A DNA stretch of 64,000 bases, from contig NC_086097.1 of NCBI RefSeq assembly GCF_963921235.1, positions 156,924,001 through 156,988,000 of the forward strand, read 5' to 3'. Origin of the DNA: Mobula hypostoma. Its lineage: Eukaryota. This document shows positions 1 through 13,522 of the stretch, one piece after another. Numbering within the stretch: position 1 is the stretch's first letter; each line of letters begins with the position of its first letter. Below the pieces are notes generated by a model that made no database searches, was not told the origin of the DNA, and worked only from the letters and a program-made list of their open reading frames with translations. The translations under genes and the position numbers were made by a program.

Positions 1-772
1 GGCTCCACAGCAGTTATATTGTTTACATTAAGTCCAAAGTAGGGAATTCAGATTTTGCATTGTACTCGGGTGGTTTGAGGACTTGTTTCATTTTAATAAG
101 TATAGCATCAGTACTGGTCACTATGAATCTGGTCATTGTGAAAACACTCCCGATCACCAATGTCCTTTGGAGAAAGAAACTTGACACCCTTGCTTAGTGT
201 CACCTACGTGCGCCTTTTTTTCTTATATCAAAAGGATTTATTTGTAAGTGCCTTTTGGAGCAGCCAAACAAGCCATTGTCAACACGGATAAGGATGGGCT
301 TTATGTACAAACAATATTGAGCAAATGGATTAAACAAAACAATTCAAATCAAAATATCATTTTCATTGGAATTATAAAGGCAAATACTTAAGTAATTTTG
401 TCTCTTTTCTTGAATGGAGCTTGAACAATGTTTTCTAAACAAATGGGGGCCTCTGCTCAATCTTTCAACCATGTCCCTTGTATAAGCCTTTTAGACGTGT
501 TCTCACTTACCATTTTGCAACTACTCTGTTGCATCAATAACCTTCATGATTCAAACTGGGCAGAGAAAATGGAATATAACTACTACAGTGGAATCATTTT
601 GTCTTTAGATGATACTCTTCCTACAAAATCTGCCGTAAATAATTCAGGAACAGGAAACATTCCTATCTCCAAAGTAGAGGCAAAGTGACACCATTGTGCA
701 GATAAATAGTGGAATCTGGGGAAACTGATGGGAAATTAAGGAAAATTAAATAATTCAGATATCTATCTATAG

Positions 773-776
<4 letters not shown>

Positions 777-806
<30 letters not shown>
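777..806. repeat. (GT)15 microsatellite
   Basis: Direct read. Confidence 0.95.
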
Positions 807-808
<2 letters not shown>

Positions 809-1453
809 GTTAATTGTATTATTATAGATGAATATTTTAAATGGATTCTTGATGCTTAGCACAATCTTGATAGGCCAAAGGTTCTGTTTCTCTACTATAT
901 CCCTTTTATGATTTTGTGACTCATTTGAGCTGTTCATTGGTTGATTTTGCTTCTCTTGCAAATGGTTAGAACAATATTTATGAGGCTGGCACACTTATAA
1001 GTCATGATCATTGAGAAGGTTTCATTAGGCCCTGCAAGCACACTCCATTGTTTCACACCCTGATTTGGGTTCAGTCCAATTTGTAGGGATTAGTGTGATA
1101 AATTGGAAATACAGTACATTTGCAATTCAAGCACATTCACTTACTTTCAGAAGGTCACACCATTGATACAGATAAGGCCCCATTTAGCTTATTATTTTAA
1201 AGCAGAAAGTCTTAAGTCATTCCATCATCTTAAATCTGGCGTTTGGCTCCACTGTACTCAGGTGAACTTTCTTAGCATTGATCATTGATTGTATGGAGAT
1301 TGTTCCTTAAATTGCCCATAAAATAACTTGTTTAAAATTGACTAGCAGGCTACTTAAGCTTATAGATATTTTATCCACTTTCATCTCAATCTTTCCTCAA
1401 TGCTTTAATTTCTGTCAATTTCTCTAAATCATTTCTTTAACAAGAATCAATTT

Positions 1454-1916
1454 TCAAGTCAAGTCAAGTCAAATCACTTTTTATTGGCATTTCAACCATA
1501 ACTGCAGGTACAGAACACAGTGAAAATGAGATCAATTCTCCAGGACCATGGTGCTACATGAAACAATACAAAAACTACACTGAACTACATAAGACAAAGC
1601 ACATAAACTACACTGGACTACAGACCAATCCAGGACTGCATAAAGTGCACAAAACAGTGCAGGCACTACAATAAATAATAATAAATAGTAAACAAGACAG
1701 TAGACACAGTAGAGGGTATAGTAGGTTGATGTCAAGCCAGGCTCTGGGTATTGAGGAGTCTGATGGCTTGGGGGAAGAAACTGTTACATAATCTGGTCGT
1801 GAAAGCCCAAATGTTTTGGTGCCTTTTCCAGATGGCAGGAGGGAGAGAGTTTATATGAGGGGTGCGTGGGGTCCTTCATAATGCTGTTTGCTTTGCGAAT
1901 GCAGTGTGTGGTGTAA
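1454..1916 (-). mobile_element. Rex1/Babar-like LINE, 3' end
   Basis: (TCAAG)n tail on +, followed by the antisense C-terminal ORF region shared with other copies here (gggaagaaactgtt...ccagatggcaggagggag). Confidence 0.7.
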
Positions 1917-2039
1917 CTTTAGGCATCGATGTATCTTTCTCGGTGACAGTGTTCACTTCTGTGAGTTGTAGATGATAGTTATTGGAAAAAATATTAAATC
2001 TAATACATGTACCACGGCACATTTCAAAGTGTTTTCTCC

Positions 2040-2165
2040 AAAGCAATTATCACCATGCAAAATAATAGTTTAACAGTTTGCTTATTGTTATATTGGGACC
2101 TTACAGTGCATAATGTACCTGTCATATTTGTTTAAGATTACAACAGTGACTATAATTCCAAAAAA
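2040..2165 (+). mobile_element. Degenerate Deu-domain SINE fragment
   Basis: gggaccttacagtgcataat...attacaacagtgactat resembles the Deu/3' region and the copies at 32.3, 44.7 and 49.1 kb. Confidence 0.4.
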
Positions 2166-2329
2166 TAAGACAATGGACATATGGCACATCAGGAGGGTTT
2201 GCTCATGAGAAAGGTACATTTAAGGAGCTTCTTTTTAATTCTTGACATATGCAGGGTCATCTTTGAGAATTGTTGTAACACTCAGCGGGAGGAAAAGAAG
2301 TTGGAACGTAGACAAGATAGCTACAGGTG

Positions 2330-3580
2330 AGGTGCTGCAGGATTGGAGAGAGCTAAAATGTTCTTCCATTGTTTAAGAAAGGCGCTAAGACTAAGGCAAG
2401 AAATTCTAGGACAGTGAACCTGACATCATGGATGGTTAAGTTATCATAAAATATTCTAAGGATACATAAGTATATGGATTGACAGGGACTGATGAGGAAT
2501 AATCAACATGACTTTGTGCATGGCAGGTTACATCTAAACAAACTTACAGAGCTTTTTGTAGAAGTTAATAGGAAAGATGATGAAGGCAAAGTAGTTGATG
2601 CCTACGTGGATTCTAGCAAGGCCTTTGACAAGGTCCCATATGGAGGTTGGTCAAGATAGTTCAGTTGCTTGGCATTCAAAATGAGGTCGTACATTGGATT
2701 AGACATTGGCTTTGTAGAAGAAGCCAGAGATTGTTAGCAGATGGTTGCCTTTCTGACTGGAGGCCTGTGTCTGGTGGTGTGCTGGAAGGATGGGTGCATT
2801 GTTGTTTGTCATCTATGTTAATGACCTGGATGATAATGTGGAAACTGGAGTAGCAAATTTGTGGATGACCAAGACTGAGGGAGTAGTGGACTGCAAAGAA
2901 GACTATCAAAGGTTGCAGGGGGATCTAGATCAGCTGGAAAGATGGGTTCAAAATGGCAGATAGAATTTTAGAGAAATGTGAGGTATTGCATGTTGGGGGG
3001 ATAAGCTATGGTGGAATTTACATGGTGAACAGTCAGGCATTGAGTAGTGCAGTAGAACAGTGGGACCTGGGAATACAGATTCATAATTCCTTGAAAGTGT
3101 TGTCACAGGTCGATAGGGTTGTAAAGAAAGCTTTTGGCACATTGACCTTGTTGATTTCAGGAGTTGGGATGTTATGTTGAAATTGAACGAGATGTTGTTA
3201 AGTCTTAATTTGGAGTATTGTGTGCAGCTTTGGCCACCCACCTACAAGAAAGATGTCAATAAGATTGAAAGAGTGCGAAGAAAATTTACAAGAATATTGT
3301 CAAAATTTGAAGACCTGACTTAGAGGAAAAATTTGAATATGTTAGGACTTTATTCCCTCGAGCATAGGAGAATGAGAGGAGATTTGATAAAGGTATACAA
3401 AATTATGAGAGATATAGATAGAGTAAATGCAACATTTTTTCAAGTAAGGTTGGGTAAGACTAGAACTAGAGATCATGGGTAAAGAGTGAAAGGTGAAATG
3501 TTTAGTAGGAACATCAGAGGGAACTTCTTCACTTAGAGGGTGGTGAGGGTGTGGAATGGAGCTGCCAGTGGGGGAATTGA
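2330..3580 (+). mobile_element. CR1 LINE ORF2 (RT) remnant
   Basis: VDSSKAFDKVP, KFVDD, LEYCVQLWPP remnants with stops and frameshifts. Confidence 0.9.
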
Positions 3581-5039
3581 AGCAGAGGAATGCATTATAA
3601 ACCATCCCTTTTTTATGATTCTTCATATTGTTCTTTGACCACTCCTAACAATCCTATCTGCTCTCTGACATTTATATTGTTTTTTTTTGCCACGTGGGTG
3701 ACTTCATATGCATATGATACCTTCCCCCACAAATAGTCTAAAAGCTTCTGGAGATAGAGTTCCCCGATACAATTAATGTTGTGAATGCTGACTGTCTGAG
3801 TATACAAACCTTCCAACTATTAACAGATTTCTATTTGATGTGCTAAGCAATAACATCAATCTAGTCTCCAAGCCTCCTTGTAATGAATAACTTATCCAGC
3901 GTTGCCTGCTTTGGTACAAGCCAATTAACATAACCCCATTGTCTTTCACTCCATTTCTTGAGCAATCAGCCTTGTGCAGTGGGCCAGCAGTCTGTGTTCT
4001 ATAAACAGCACTGTTTGTTTGCAAAGCTATCCTTTTAATTCAGGCTGATTATTGTCATTTACATTAAGAACCAAAGAACAACCCTTTAATCTCCAGAAGC
4101 TCACAGTGGCTGTATTAAAGAGCTGAGCTTGGCGAAAAAGACTCCTGCCCTGGACAGTGAATATCCATCAGCTCATCAATCATTTCACTATCAATTTTTT
4201 CAAAATACTTTTTAAGTGTTGCATTACTAACATTTTAGAACACCCTTGTAAATCAGGGGTGCAAAAGTCCCTTATTCTATCCCTTTAAAATCATTTTTTA
4301 GGTTTTGATTTATGAGAGTCTTGAAATTGTTTTGTTTAGTAAGAAAAATAGCAACTTAATAGGTTTAAGTATATCCCTGTGTGATTGTCAATATAGAACA
4401 ACTTTGTTTGGTAATGTAAATTTTTATACTCTAAGACCTAAAAATGTCGCCAGAGAACATCAATCTGTTGCTTAAAAAACAATAGCTTCTAAAAAGTCTT
4501 TAATATTGTGAATGCATGTTGTTAGCTTGCAAGCTGCAAATATGTTACTTGTTATGTTTATTTGATGCTCAATTTTGAAACAAGTATTAGACTTTTCATT
4601 TGAAAAGAAAGGACCTAAATCCTGCTTGAAATCTGGATAGAATATGTGCTAACCTTGAAGCAACCAGGACAACCTGTTCAGTAGCTGGCCCACACAAAAT
4701 CCACAATAATATTTTCATAGGAGTCAAGATTGACAGTGATGTTTTGATACAATAAAATCTCTAATATATATTATACCTCTAACTTTAGTGATATCAGCCT
4801 ACCCCAGGAAGGAAGCAGATGTGCTAGATACTTTGTTTACCAGTTCAAGTAAAATGCCTTTCAACCATTTTGTTCAATCACAGTTTAACATATTTGAAAG
4901 TGAAATATAAACAGACGTTTGATAAATGAGAGTTGCTGAGATGTTCTTTATTTTAATCCTCAACTATATATATTTCATACAACCTAGATAGAGGCAATTT
5001 TGACCTACTGAATGTATGCTGGTTTAAAGTGCAAACCCA

Positions 5040-5275
5040 TTCCCCATTAATTTTCCAATTTTTCTTTACTCTCCTTGAATGCACAAGAAGCAAGTTACAG
5101 TGGCCAATTAGCCTACCAATCTGCATGTCTTTGAAATGTGGGGCAAAACCATATTGCCTGGAACTAACTACAGGGCCACGGAGAGAACATTGAAACTCAC
5201 ACAGGCAGCACCAGAGGTCAGGATTTAACTCCAGTCATTGGATCTGTGAGGCAACAGTTCCACCAGCTGCATTTT
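5040..5275 (-). mobile_element. V-SINE (HE1/HER1-like), degenerate
   Basis: Antisense V-domain motif (gtcacggggagaacgtgcaaactccacacag-like). Confidence 0.6.
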
Positions 5276-5825
5276 ACAGATGGGATCAATCATTTCACCT
5301 TTCCAGTTTTTTTTAACTTCAGGTAACTACAGAGCACAAAATTTATTGCACATTTAAATCCAGATATTTAATTGCCTGCCACAGATGGCAACCTATCCTA
5401 ATTAATTAGTGCAATATTAATGAATAAGACTAAGTACATCTGGATGATACAACATACATCATTTGCTTGATGGACGTGAGATCAAACCCAGAACTAAGAA
5501 GTGGGAGGTGGGGAAGCAGTACAAGCTAGAAGGTGATAGGTTAAACCAGGTGATGGTGAAGGTAGGTGGGTGGTACAAGAGGAACATAAAGAGGCTCAAG
5601 CATACAATTAGAAACAAACTTCAAAGGAGCACATATCAGAGATAACACTCCATCATGAACTGCTTTCAAACAATATTCAGGTAAATATTGATTAGATTTA
5701 CTTTCAATATAAGTTTATTTATTTTAGTAATGGGAACACATTATGCAAGCATATTGTCATTACATTTTTATATTGTAATTTATTTTTAAATGCTTTAAAT
5801 TTAAAGATTTCTTCTGATAGGAAGG

Positions 5826-6625
5826 AATCAGAATCAGGTTTATTATCACTGGCATATGTTCTGAAGTTATTTTTTGTGGCAACAGGACAGTGCAAGACAT
5901 AAAATTCTATCATTTACAATAGAAAATAAACAGTGAGGTAGTTTTCATGGACCACTCAAAAATCTGATGGCAGACAGGAAGAAGCTGTTCCTAAAACATA
6001 CAGTGTGCACCTTCAGGTTTCTGTACCTCCTCCCTGCTGGTAGTAATGTAAAGAGAACATGTCTCAGATGTTTTATGCCCTATTCTTGAGGCACCGCCTT
6101 TTGAAGATGTCTTCAATGGTGGGGAAGTCTGTGCCTGTGATGAAGCTGGCTAGGTCTACAAACCTCTGCATCTCTTTCGATCCTGTGCATTGGAACCTCT
6201 TTACCAGGCTGTGATGTAACAGTCCGAATGCACTCAAAAGTACATTTGTAGAAATTTTCCTGAGCCTTTGGTGACATACCAAATCTCCTCAAGCTCCTAT
6301 TGAAATATAGCTGCTGGCATGCTTCTTTTTTGTGATTGTGTCAATATGTTGAGCCTTCTAAGATGATGAAACCCAGAATTTTGAAACTGCTTACCCTTTC
6401 CACCCCCTCAATGAGAATTGGTATGAGTTCTCCTGAATTCCCTTCTGAAACTCTACAATCGATCCCTTGTCTAGCTGACATTGAGTGCAATCTTGTTGTT
6501 TCAACGGCACTCAACCCCATATCTATCTCACTCCTGTATGCCTCGTTGTCATCGGAGATTCTGCAACAATAGTGGTGACATCAGCAAGTTTACAAATAGG
6601 CATTGAGTGCAGAGAGTAGAGCACT
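5826..6625 (-). mobile_element. Rex1/Babar-like LINE 3' part
   Basis: (AATCAG)n tail; PTIEDIFKRRCLK; KLADVTT remnant. Confidence 0.8.
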
Positions 6626-6793
6626 GGGTTAAGAATTCCAGAGATTCATTATCCTCTGAGGGAAGGGTTTTACACATCTCAATGACTGACTCTTTATATT
6701 GTAACTGTTGTCCTTTCTTTGTAATTTACAAACTGGTAAGAACATCTCAAAATTTACCCTGTCAAGCACTTTTAAGATCTGATAGTTTATATT

Positions 6794-7335
6794 CAGTACT
6801 GTGCGAAAGTCTTAAGCACATGTATATAGCTAGGGGTGCCTTTTACACAGTACTGTAGTAATTTAAGGTATTACACTGTACTGCTGATGCTGCAAAAAAT
6901 GAATTTTATGACACATGATTGATTATAAACCTGAGTCTGTTATGGGTCTCTGTTGTGGACTAAAAGTGGGAAGGGGGCAGGGAGAGGGGAATTGTGGTTG
7001 GGAAAAGGGAGAGGGGAGGATGTGGGAAGGACCAGAGAACCATTCTGTAATGATCAATAATCCAATAGTTTGCAATCAATTAATCCTGCATGGTATCTCA
7101 GGGCTGGGTGTGCCTGCACCTCCACCACCACCCACCTCTGACATTCCTTCTTTGTCTCACACTCCTTCCACCTGTCTCACACTCCTCCTATGGCACCTCG
7201 CCTTCACCATTCCCAACATCCTTTGCTCCTGCTACGTTTACTAACTCATTCTCCACACCACATTAACAAATACAGTATTGTGTAATATATGTGCCTAAGC
7301 TATATAAGTGTGCCTAAGACTTTTGCAGAGTACTG
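6794..7335. mobile_element. Composite Tc1/mariner-like MITE
   Basis: 26-bp outer TIRs CAGTACTGTGCGAAAGTCTTAAGCAC and GTGCCTAAGACTTTTGCAGAGTACTG (then TA). Each end is itself a ~62-bp near-palindrome. A second copy lies at 45545-45973. Confidence 0.7.
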
Positions 7336-8529
7336 TAAGTTCATCCTTTATCCTTCTAAATTCCAAGGAATTCAGGCCTTGAGCTGTCCATTCTTTTTTA
7401 AAGAAAATTGCTTCTTATCCTATTAAGAATAATATCTATGACATGAGGCATTTGCAGAAGCTAGGGTAAGGCCCAGAACAAGCAACCATATCTAAGTAAC
7501 AAGATGTGCATTTATTAATAATATAATATAATATCCTCAATAAACTTGTGTGCCAGTGTCCTGTGTGCATTTTATATCAGCATTTTTTAACTCATGCCAG
7601 AATGATCTATTACCCAGTGTGAAATATACTTACTGATATATTATTCATTTCATTGTTACAGTGTTGTACTACAGTTGTGGGATAATCTAGGATCATATAG
7701 GAAATCTGTCAAAATGTCTTCTATAAAACCAACATCACCATCTTGAAGTAATGAAAGTAATCATGATTTACCCTTGCAGTATTTGCCAGAGGAATACTGC
7801 ACTCCTCTGCACCCAGTACGTGTTGTACTCTAGAAAAACTGTGATTGATGGTATGCATTTCAACTCATTGACATGAAGGTGTTCAGGTGGGTACCAATGC
7901 AATATTTAAGAGGTATTTGGATAGGTATGTGGAGGAGAAGAATGAGAGGATCATGGGTCAAACATGGCAACTAGGACTAGTAGGGAGGATGCTGTAGTCA
8001 GCATAGACCACTCGGGCCAAAAGACTTCTAAGGTGTAAGTTGGTTGCAAATTTTTGACCATCAACAATCTCAATCCTAATCTTTGCTATTAGGAATTTGC
8101 CTTCATTGTCCAATAGTTATTATTGAAGGAGTAATATATGGACTTGTGCTGTGACAAAAGCAGGAAACGTACTTTTTCTAGTGAAAAACCACTCTAAAAA
8201 ACTAATAGGAAATGGCAACCACACTCCAAGATCACTCAGATATCATTCACCCCGCTAACAGTATGCATTTGGAGGGTGCACTCCATACCATCACCAACTT
8301 GGACAACACCTCTGAAGAAACGTCCCTCTACTGAATGTGCTCCACAGCACAGCACTGTTCTCTGACAATAAAATTTCACAGTATGTTTCTGGAAAACATG
8401 GACTACTTCCATAGCTTAATGAAGGCAGATATTGATGATTAAATTTACCAATTCTTCTAATGTCTGAGTATATCCTTTGATTCATTGAGGAAAAATGGTG
8501 TCTTGAAGATCAAGAACTCAGACCTGCAA

Positions 8530-9150
8530 TACATACAGAAGAGCAGTACAACACAGCACAGGCCCTTTGGTGCTTGATATTGTGCCAACCTTTTAATCTA
8601 CTCCAAGATCATTATAAACCCTTGCCTCCTACATAGCCTTCCATTTTTTCTTTCATCCTATTTATGAGTCTTTTATATGTCCCTAATGTATCTATTTCTG
8701 CCACCAGCTCTGGCAGCACGTTCCATGCACCCACCACACTTGGTGTAAAATATCTACCTCTGCCATCACCCTCTATAGTTTCCTTCAATCATCATAAAAT
8801 TATTCTCTCTCATATTAACCCTTTCTGCCCTTGGAAAAAGGTATTGGCTGTCTATTCTACCTATGCCTCTTATAATCTTATACACCTCTATTAAGTCATC
8901 TCTCATCCTCCTTCGCTCCAAAGAGAAAAGCCCATGCTCTCTCAACTGATCCTTGTAAGACATGCTCTCTAATCCAGGCAGCATCCTGGGAAATCTCCTT
9001 TGTACCTTCTCTAAAGCTTGAACATCCTTCCTATAATGAAGTAACCAGAACGGAATGCGATTTACCAATTGTGGTCTAACAAGAGTTTTAGAGAGCTGCA
9101 AAATTACCTTGCTGTTCTTGAACTCAGTCCCCTAGCTAATGAAGGCAAAT
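8530..9150 (-). mobile_element. CR1 LINE 3' end
   Basis: ORF 8766-9101: LVRPQL...LEKVQRRFPRMLPGL...LFSLERRRMRDDLIEVYKI. Confidence 0.9.
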
Positions 9151-9994
9151 ATGTTCTCTTACTTGTGCTTACTCAGGATAAACAAAAGATACCCAACTTC
9201 AAGGGAAGATCAGCTTCTTTCACAGAAGGCTTCACATAGGGTAATGAGATTGTGAAGTTGAAAAATAAATTATTTATAAAATTAAAATTTGCTTTGGTGA
9301 TCTGATTAAGGAATGGGAGATTCCTGAAGCATTAATCCATGAAATTCTTTTGTTGAGTATCTACAATTCCTTTGACCATCTTGCAATAGATGATCATGGT
9401 AAAGTTACCAAATCAATCGGGCTCTTTTTTCACAGGGTTCAACTTTCAGGTAAATCAAGTATCACAACATTCAGCTTTAAAATATCTCCTTACAGTTTGA
9501 CTGTATTATGATTTTTCCGTCATGTTAAAACTTGCCTGGCTGTGCTGTTATTTGACGTAGTCCAGTCCAACTAATCAAATTGTTCCAAGCAAAGCAAAGC
9601 AAGCAGCTCATAGATTAATTTTTCAAAAAAGAGCTCATGGCATCCTGAACTGCTAGACTGTTTTCTCAAAGCTCCAGTTGTTAACACAGACTCTTGTTTG
9701 GACCATGGGGATGTACAATACAGATCTCAAGCCCACCATGTCCATGCCTGTATTTTAGCCTTTGTAAACCTATCTCATTTGTCCACATTAGGATTGTTTT
9801 ACTTACTGAAGTTCTCATTTAAATGTCTCTTAAACATAGTAATTTCTTCTAACACCTATAGACGTAGGATTATTATGACACAGATGAAGGCATTTCAATC
9901 TACTGAGTCTGCAGATTCTGAGTAGGGGCATCCCACATGCCTGTGTTCTCCACAATTTAGAGTAACCTTACAAATCAATTTACATTTTTGTAAA

Positions 9995-10165
9995 TCAGAA
10001 TCAGGTTTACTATCACCGGCATATGTCGAGAAATTTGTTAACTTACTGGCAGCAGTACAATGCAATACATGATAAATATAGAAAAAAGTAAATCAATAAC
10101 ATTAAGTATATATATGTATATTAAATAGTTAAAATTAAAAATTGTACAAAAACAAAAATAGTATA
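9995..10165 (-). mobile_element. Rex1/Babar-like 3' tail
   Basis: aatcagaatcaggttt...gcagcagtacaatgcaatac, shared with 5826, 27759 and 61742. Confidence 0.65.
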
Positions 10166-10949
10166 TTCTTTGTTGTCATAACCTATAAGCACTGAATTTC
10201 AGATAGCTGTAGTCTGGGTAAAGAATATTTTTCTTCTTATCCCCTTCTCCCTTACATTCTTTGCCCAAAGCATTAAATCAAAGCTACTTATCCCTCTTAT
10301 CACTTGCTAAAGGGCACAAATTCCCCTGTTTTTGGATGAGATATATTCCCCTTGATCTGTACACCTCTATTAAGCCTCCTTTCCACTTGCTTTACTCTAA
10401 GGAAAAAACTTCAGCTTCTTCAGTTTAATCTTGATGCTGAAATCCCCCCTTCTGAAATACATTCCAGTAAATCTTTCCTGTAGCCGCTGTAGGACTCTCA
10501 CAACCTCCCTAAAGATAACTAAAATAGTACTTCCCACTACTCCTCATAATTATAGCAGAGATCCATACATATTGGTACCCGTCTCCTCCCCTGCCCCATC
10601 ATGGTCTCTGATCTACTTGACTCTCTGTATTAATAGCCTTTCTCAAAACCTATTTATTCATCCAGCTGTTTGATCACTCCTTAGCACTCAGAGCACTGCC
10701 TTCCTCTAACATTTTTTTCATTGTACTACACCTTGGGATATTGCTTTAAAGAAAGTATTCTTTTGTTTGTTCGTCGTCATTTTTGTTTGGTCACTTCACT
10801 TCACTCAACATCACTCCCCTAACACTGAACTGTTCCCAAAATCCATAGACTCACTTTCAAGGACTCTTCATCTCATGTTCTCAATATTTAATGATTCTAT
10901 TTTTAAATAATAATCATAATTATTATGATTATTATTATTGTTTTATTCC

Positions 10950-11264
10950 ATTACATTTTTTATTGCTGTAGAAAAGATAAGCTACATCACAAAAAACAAA
11001 CTTGGGAAATTTCGGGAAATTTGGGACATTTTCTATAAGTTTCTGGAGGGCAATATCAGGATGATGAAAGTAACGAACTGAATTGACTGCTTTTTTAATG
11101 GCGGACTGTTTGCTTTTTTTGTGTGTGCTTTTTTTTCTTTTTATTTCTTATGTATTTTATTTTTTACCTTTTCTTTAACTTTGTTGTACTTTCAAACCTA
11201 TGGATGATCTAATGTGTTTTCTTTTCACTCTGTAAAAACAATAAAGAGATGTTTTTAAAAAAAT
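10950..11264 (+). mobile_element. L1-clade 3' end inserted in a Rex1-like tail (10800-11360)
   Basis: EKISYITKNKLGKFREIWDIFYKFL C-terminal motif, T-rich UTR, AATAAA, A tail; degenerate AT-rich flanking duplication. Confidence 0.55.
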
Positions 11265-11594
11265 ATATTATTATTTTATTTCATTATATTTACTGTGAAT
11301 GGGGTTGTATATGGTGACATACAGTATGTACTTTTGATAATAAATTTACTTTGAACTTCAATATAGTGAAGACAGAATTAACTTGTAAAGAACATCTTAT
11401 CAGAGTGTAGAAAGTCTCCATTATTCCAAACAATTAAGATGGATTTTAGATGATGGAAACTCAAAGTTTAAAGTAAATCTATTATCAAATTTCGTATATG
11501 CGATTTTGCTACCCTGATAAAAGTACATTTAAATTCTTCCTGCTGTCTGAATGGACAAGTTATCTCCTATATTAGTTCGAATAGCATTTCTGCT

Positions 11595-12075
11595 ACCAAT
11601 TTTCAGCAAGGTTTACCAAGATGCTGCCTGGATCAGAGGGCATGAGCATTAAGGAAAGGTTGTGAAAACTCGAGTAGTTCTCCCTGGAGCATCAGCAGCT
11701 GAGGGAAGACCTGACAGAGGTGTTTTTGTTTTTAATTATAAGAAACATACATAGGGTAGACATCAGGATATTTTCCCAAGCAAACATTAGAGAACATGCT
11801 TTTAACTTTGGGGGTGGGCATGTTTAAAGGCAATGTGAGGGTCAAGTTTTTTTTTACACAGACAGTGGTAGGTGCCTGCAATGGGTTACAGTGGTTGCAG
11901 TGAAAGCAGGAGGTTGGGTGGAGTTTAGGAGGCTTTTAGATAGGCATATGAATATCAAAAAATGCAGTGATATGGATGATATGGACAGCCTTTGGTATAA
12001 ATTAGCATGAAGGTTAGCATAACATTTTGGGCCAAATGACCAGGCCCATTCTGTACTGCTCTGTACTGTATATTC
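11595..12075 (+). mobile_element. CR1 3' end
   Basis: FTKMLPG...SLEHQQLREDL; gggccaaatg...ctgtactgctctgtactg tail. Confidence 0.8.
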
Positions 12076-12189
12076 TTTGTTGTGCAATGACTGATATCAC
12101 CATGTCCACTCACAAAGTAGAGTTTTTTATGGTTAGCACACTTTAGAAAGTAGTCACTTCACAGTTAAAGGGACTCAGAAAGAAGGATT

Positions 12190-12790
12190 GTGTAACAGTC
12201 AGAGAAGCAAATAAAGGTCAGGAGTTCAGGAGACACCCGGGGATGTCTCACTTTTTAGTGAGTGAGATGACTCTAAGCTGACTGTCGATGGTGGATGAGG
12301 GAGAGAGTTCCCTGTGAAGTGCAGTTGGAGACAAGACCATAGAACCATTGGTGAGTTAGTAGTTTAAAGGGAGAAAAATGTCAAAGGACTAGTAATTATT
12401 GGGAATTCTATAGTTACGGTGGCAGACAATATGTCTGCAATTGTAGACATGATTCCAGGATGGTTTGTTGCCTTGTTGTCACTGGGGTCAATAATATTAC
12501 TTAGCAGCTTCAGAACTTTAGAGAGAAAGTAAACAACCATGGTTATGCTTCATGGGAATTGAAGTAGGTACAAAAGAGTTGTGATTCTGAAGGCAGATTA
12601 TAAACTAGTGGGAAATAGATTGAAAAGCAGAACCACAAACTCCTTGGATTATTCTCAGTAACACAAGGCCATGAGTATAGAGATAGAAGGACAGTAGAGG
12701 TGAAGAGAGGACTGGACAGTGATGCATAACACAGGGTTTTAAATTCATTTGGAATTCAGACTATTTCTCAGGAAGGTTTTACTGATAAGA
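12190..12790 (+). mobile_element. CR1 ORF1 (SGNH esterase) remnant
   Basis: LVIIGNSIV (GDS motif); gattccaggatggtttgttgcc homologous to ORF1 at 59.0 kb. Confidence 0.65.
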
Positions 12791-13108
12791 AGTTTAGCCA
12801 AAACAGTCTTGAAAGTTCCTGAAAAGAAATCTGCTTCAGAGTAAGATAAATCATTTATTCTGAGATTTGAAGGGAGTTAGGGTAAACATGTGCTCACAAT
12901 AAAATGGTAGGACTGCCAAATCTTCCTGTATAATAAGGTGAGGATAAGGTAAAATAAGGTGAAGCAAATCACAAGATGCTTGTTGGGCTCAGAGAGCTTA
13001 ATACTACAAGAGCCTAGAAGAAAAGAAAGAGTGCAAAAGTGAAATTAAATTAGACGGGGCAGGAGAAGGTATAAATTAGACCTACTGAGAACCAAAAGGT
13101 TAAGACAG

Positions 13109-13506
13109 TGTCACGGTCCCGACCATTGATTCCTCATATTCTCCTAATTCCCTTTTCCCCGTGTTCTCCCGGGCTCCTTGATTGCAGTACACCTGATTCT
13201 CATCTAAACCTGCAGCATAAATACCTCGGCCTTGCATCCACTCACTGCCAGATCGTTGTCTCAGCCAGTGTGGTAATTCACGTTCCCGGCCGCTTAGGAT
13301 TGTGTATTCTAAGTTTTGTTTCAGCACTGTGGTTTGCCTGTGTTAACTCTGTCACTCCATGTCAAGAGAAGCATTTCTTGCCGCCTGCCTTTCCGTTCAT
13401 CCTCCTGTTTGCCGCTCAGCTCCAGCCACGCGCACGCTCTCACCTGAATCCCAACTCTATCTCCGTGCCAGTGTCCTGCGTTTGGGTTCACCCGTTCTTT
13501 GCAACA
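13109..13506 (+). repeat. 5' LTR (398 bp, TG...CA)
   Basis: Direct repeat of 17285-17676; about 33 substitutions and 2 indels by hand count; TATA-like CATAAATA at 13216. Confidence 0.95.
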
Positions 13507-13507
13507 G

Positions 13508-13518
13508 AACGATCTGGC
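13508..13518 (+). promoter_or_regulatory. Self-priming primer-binding site
   Basis: AACGATCTGGC is the exact reverse complement of GCCAGATCGTT at 13247-13257. Confidence 0.8.
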
Positions 13519-13522
13519 CACC

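Noticed and set aside
428..1288. Short ORFs at the window start
   Set aside because: No recognisable domains or splice structure; lengths expected by chance
8205..8230. GGAAATGGCAACCACACTCC, resembling a BovB/RTE-derived motif
   Set aside because: Only about 20 bp with no supporting flanks
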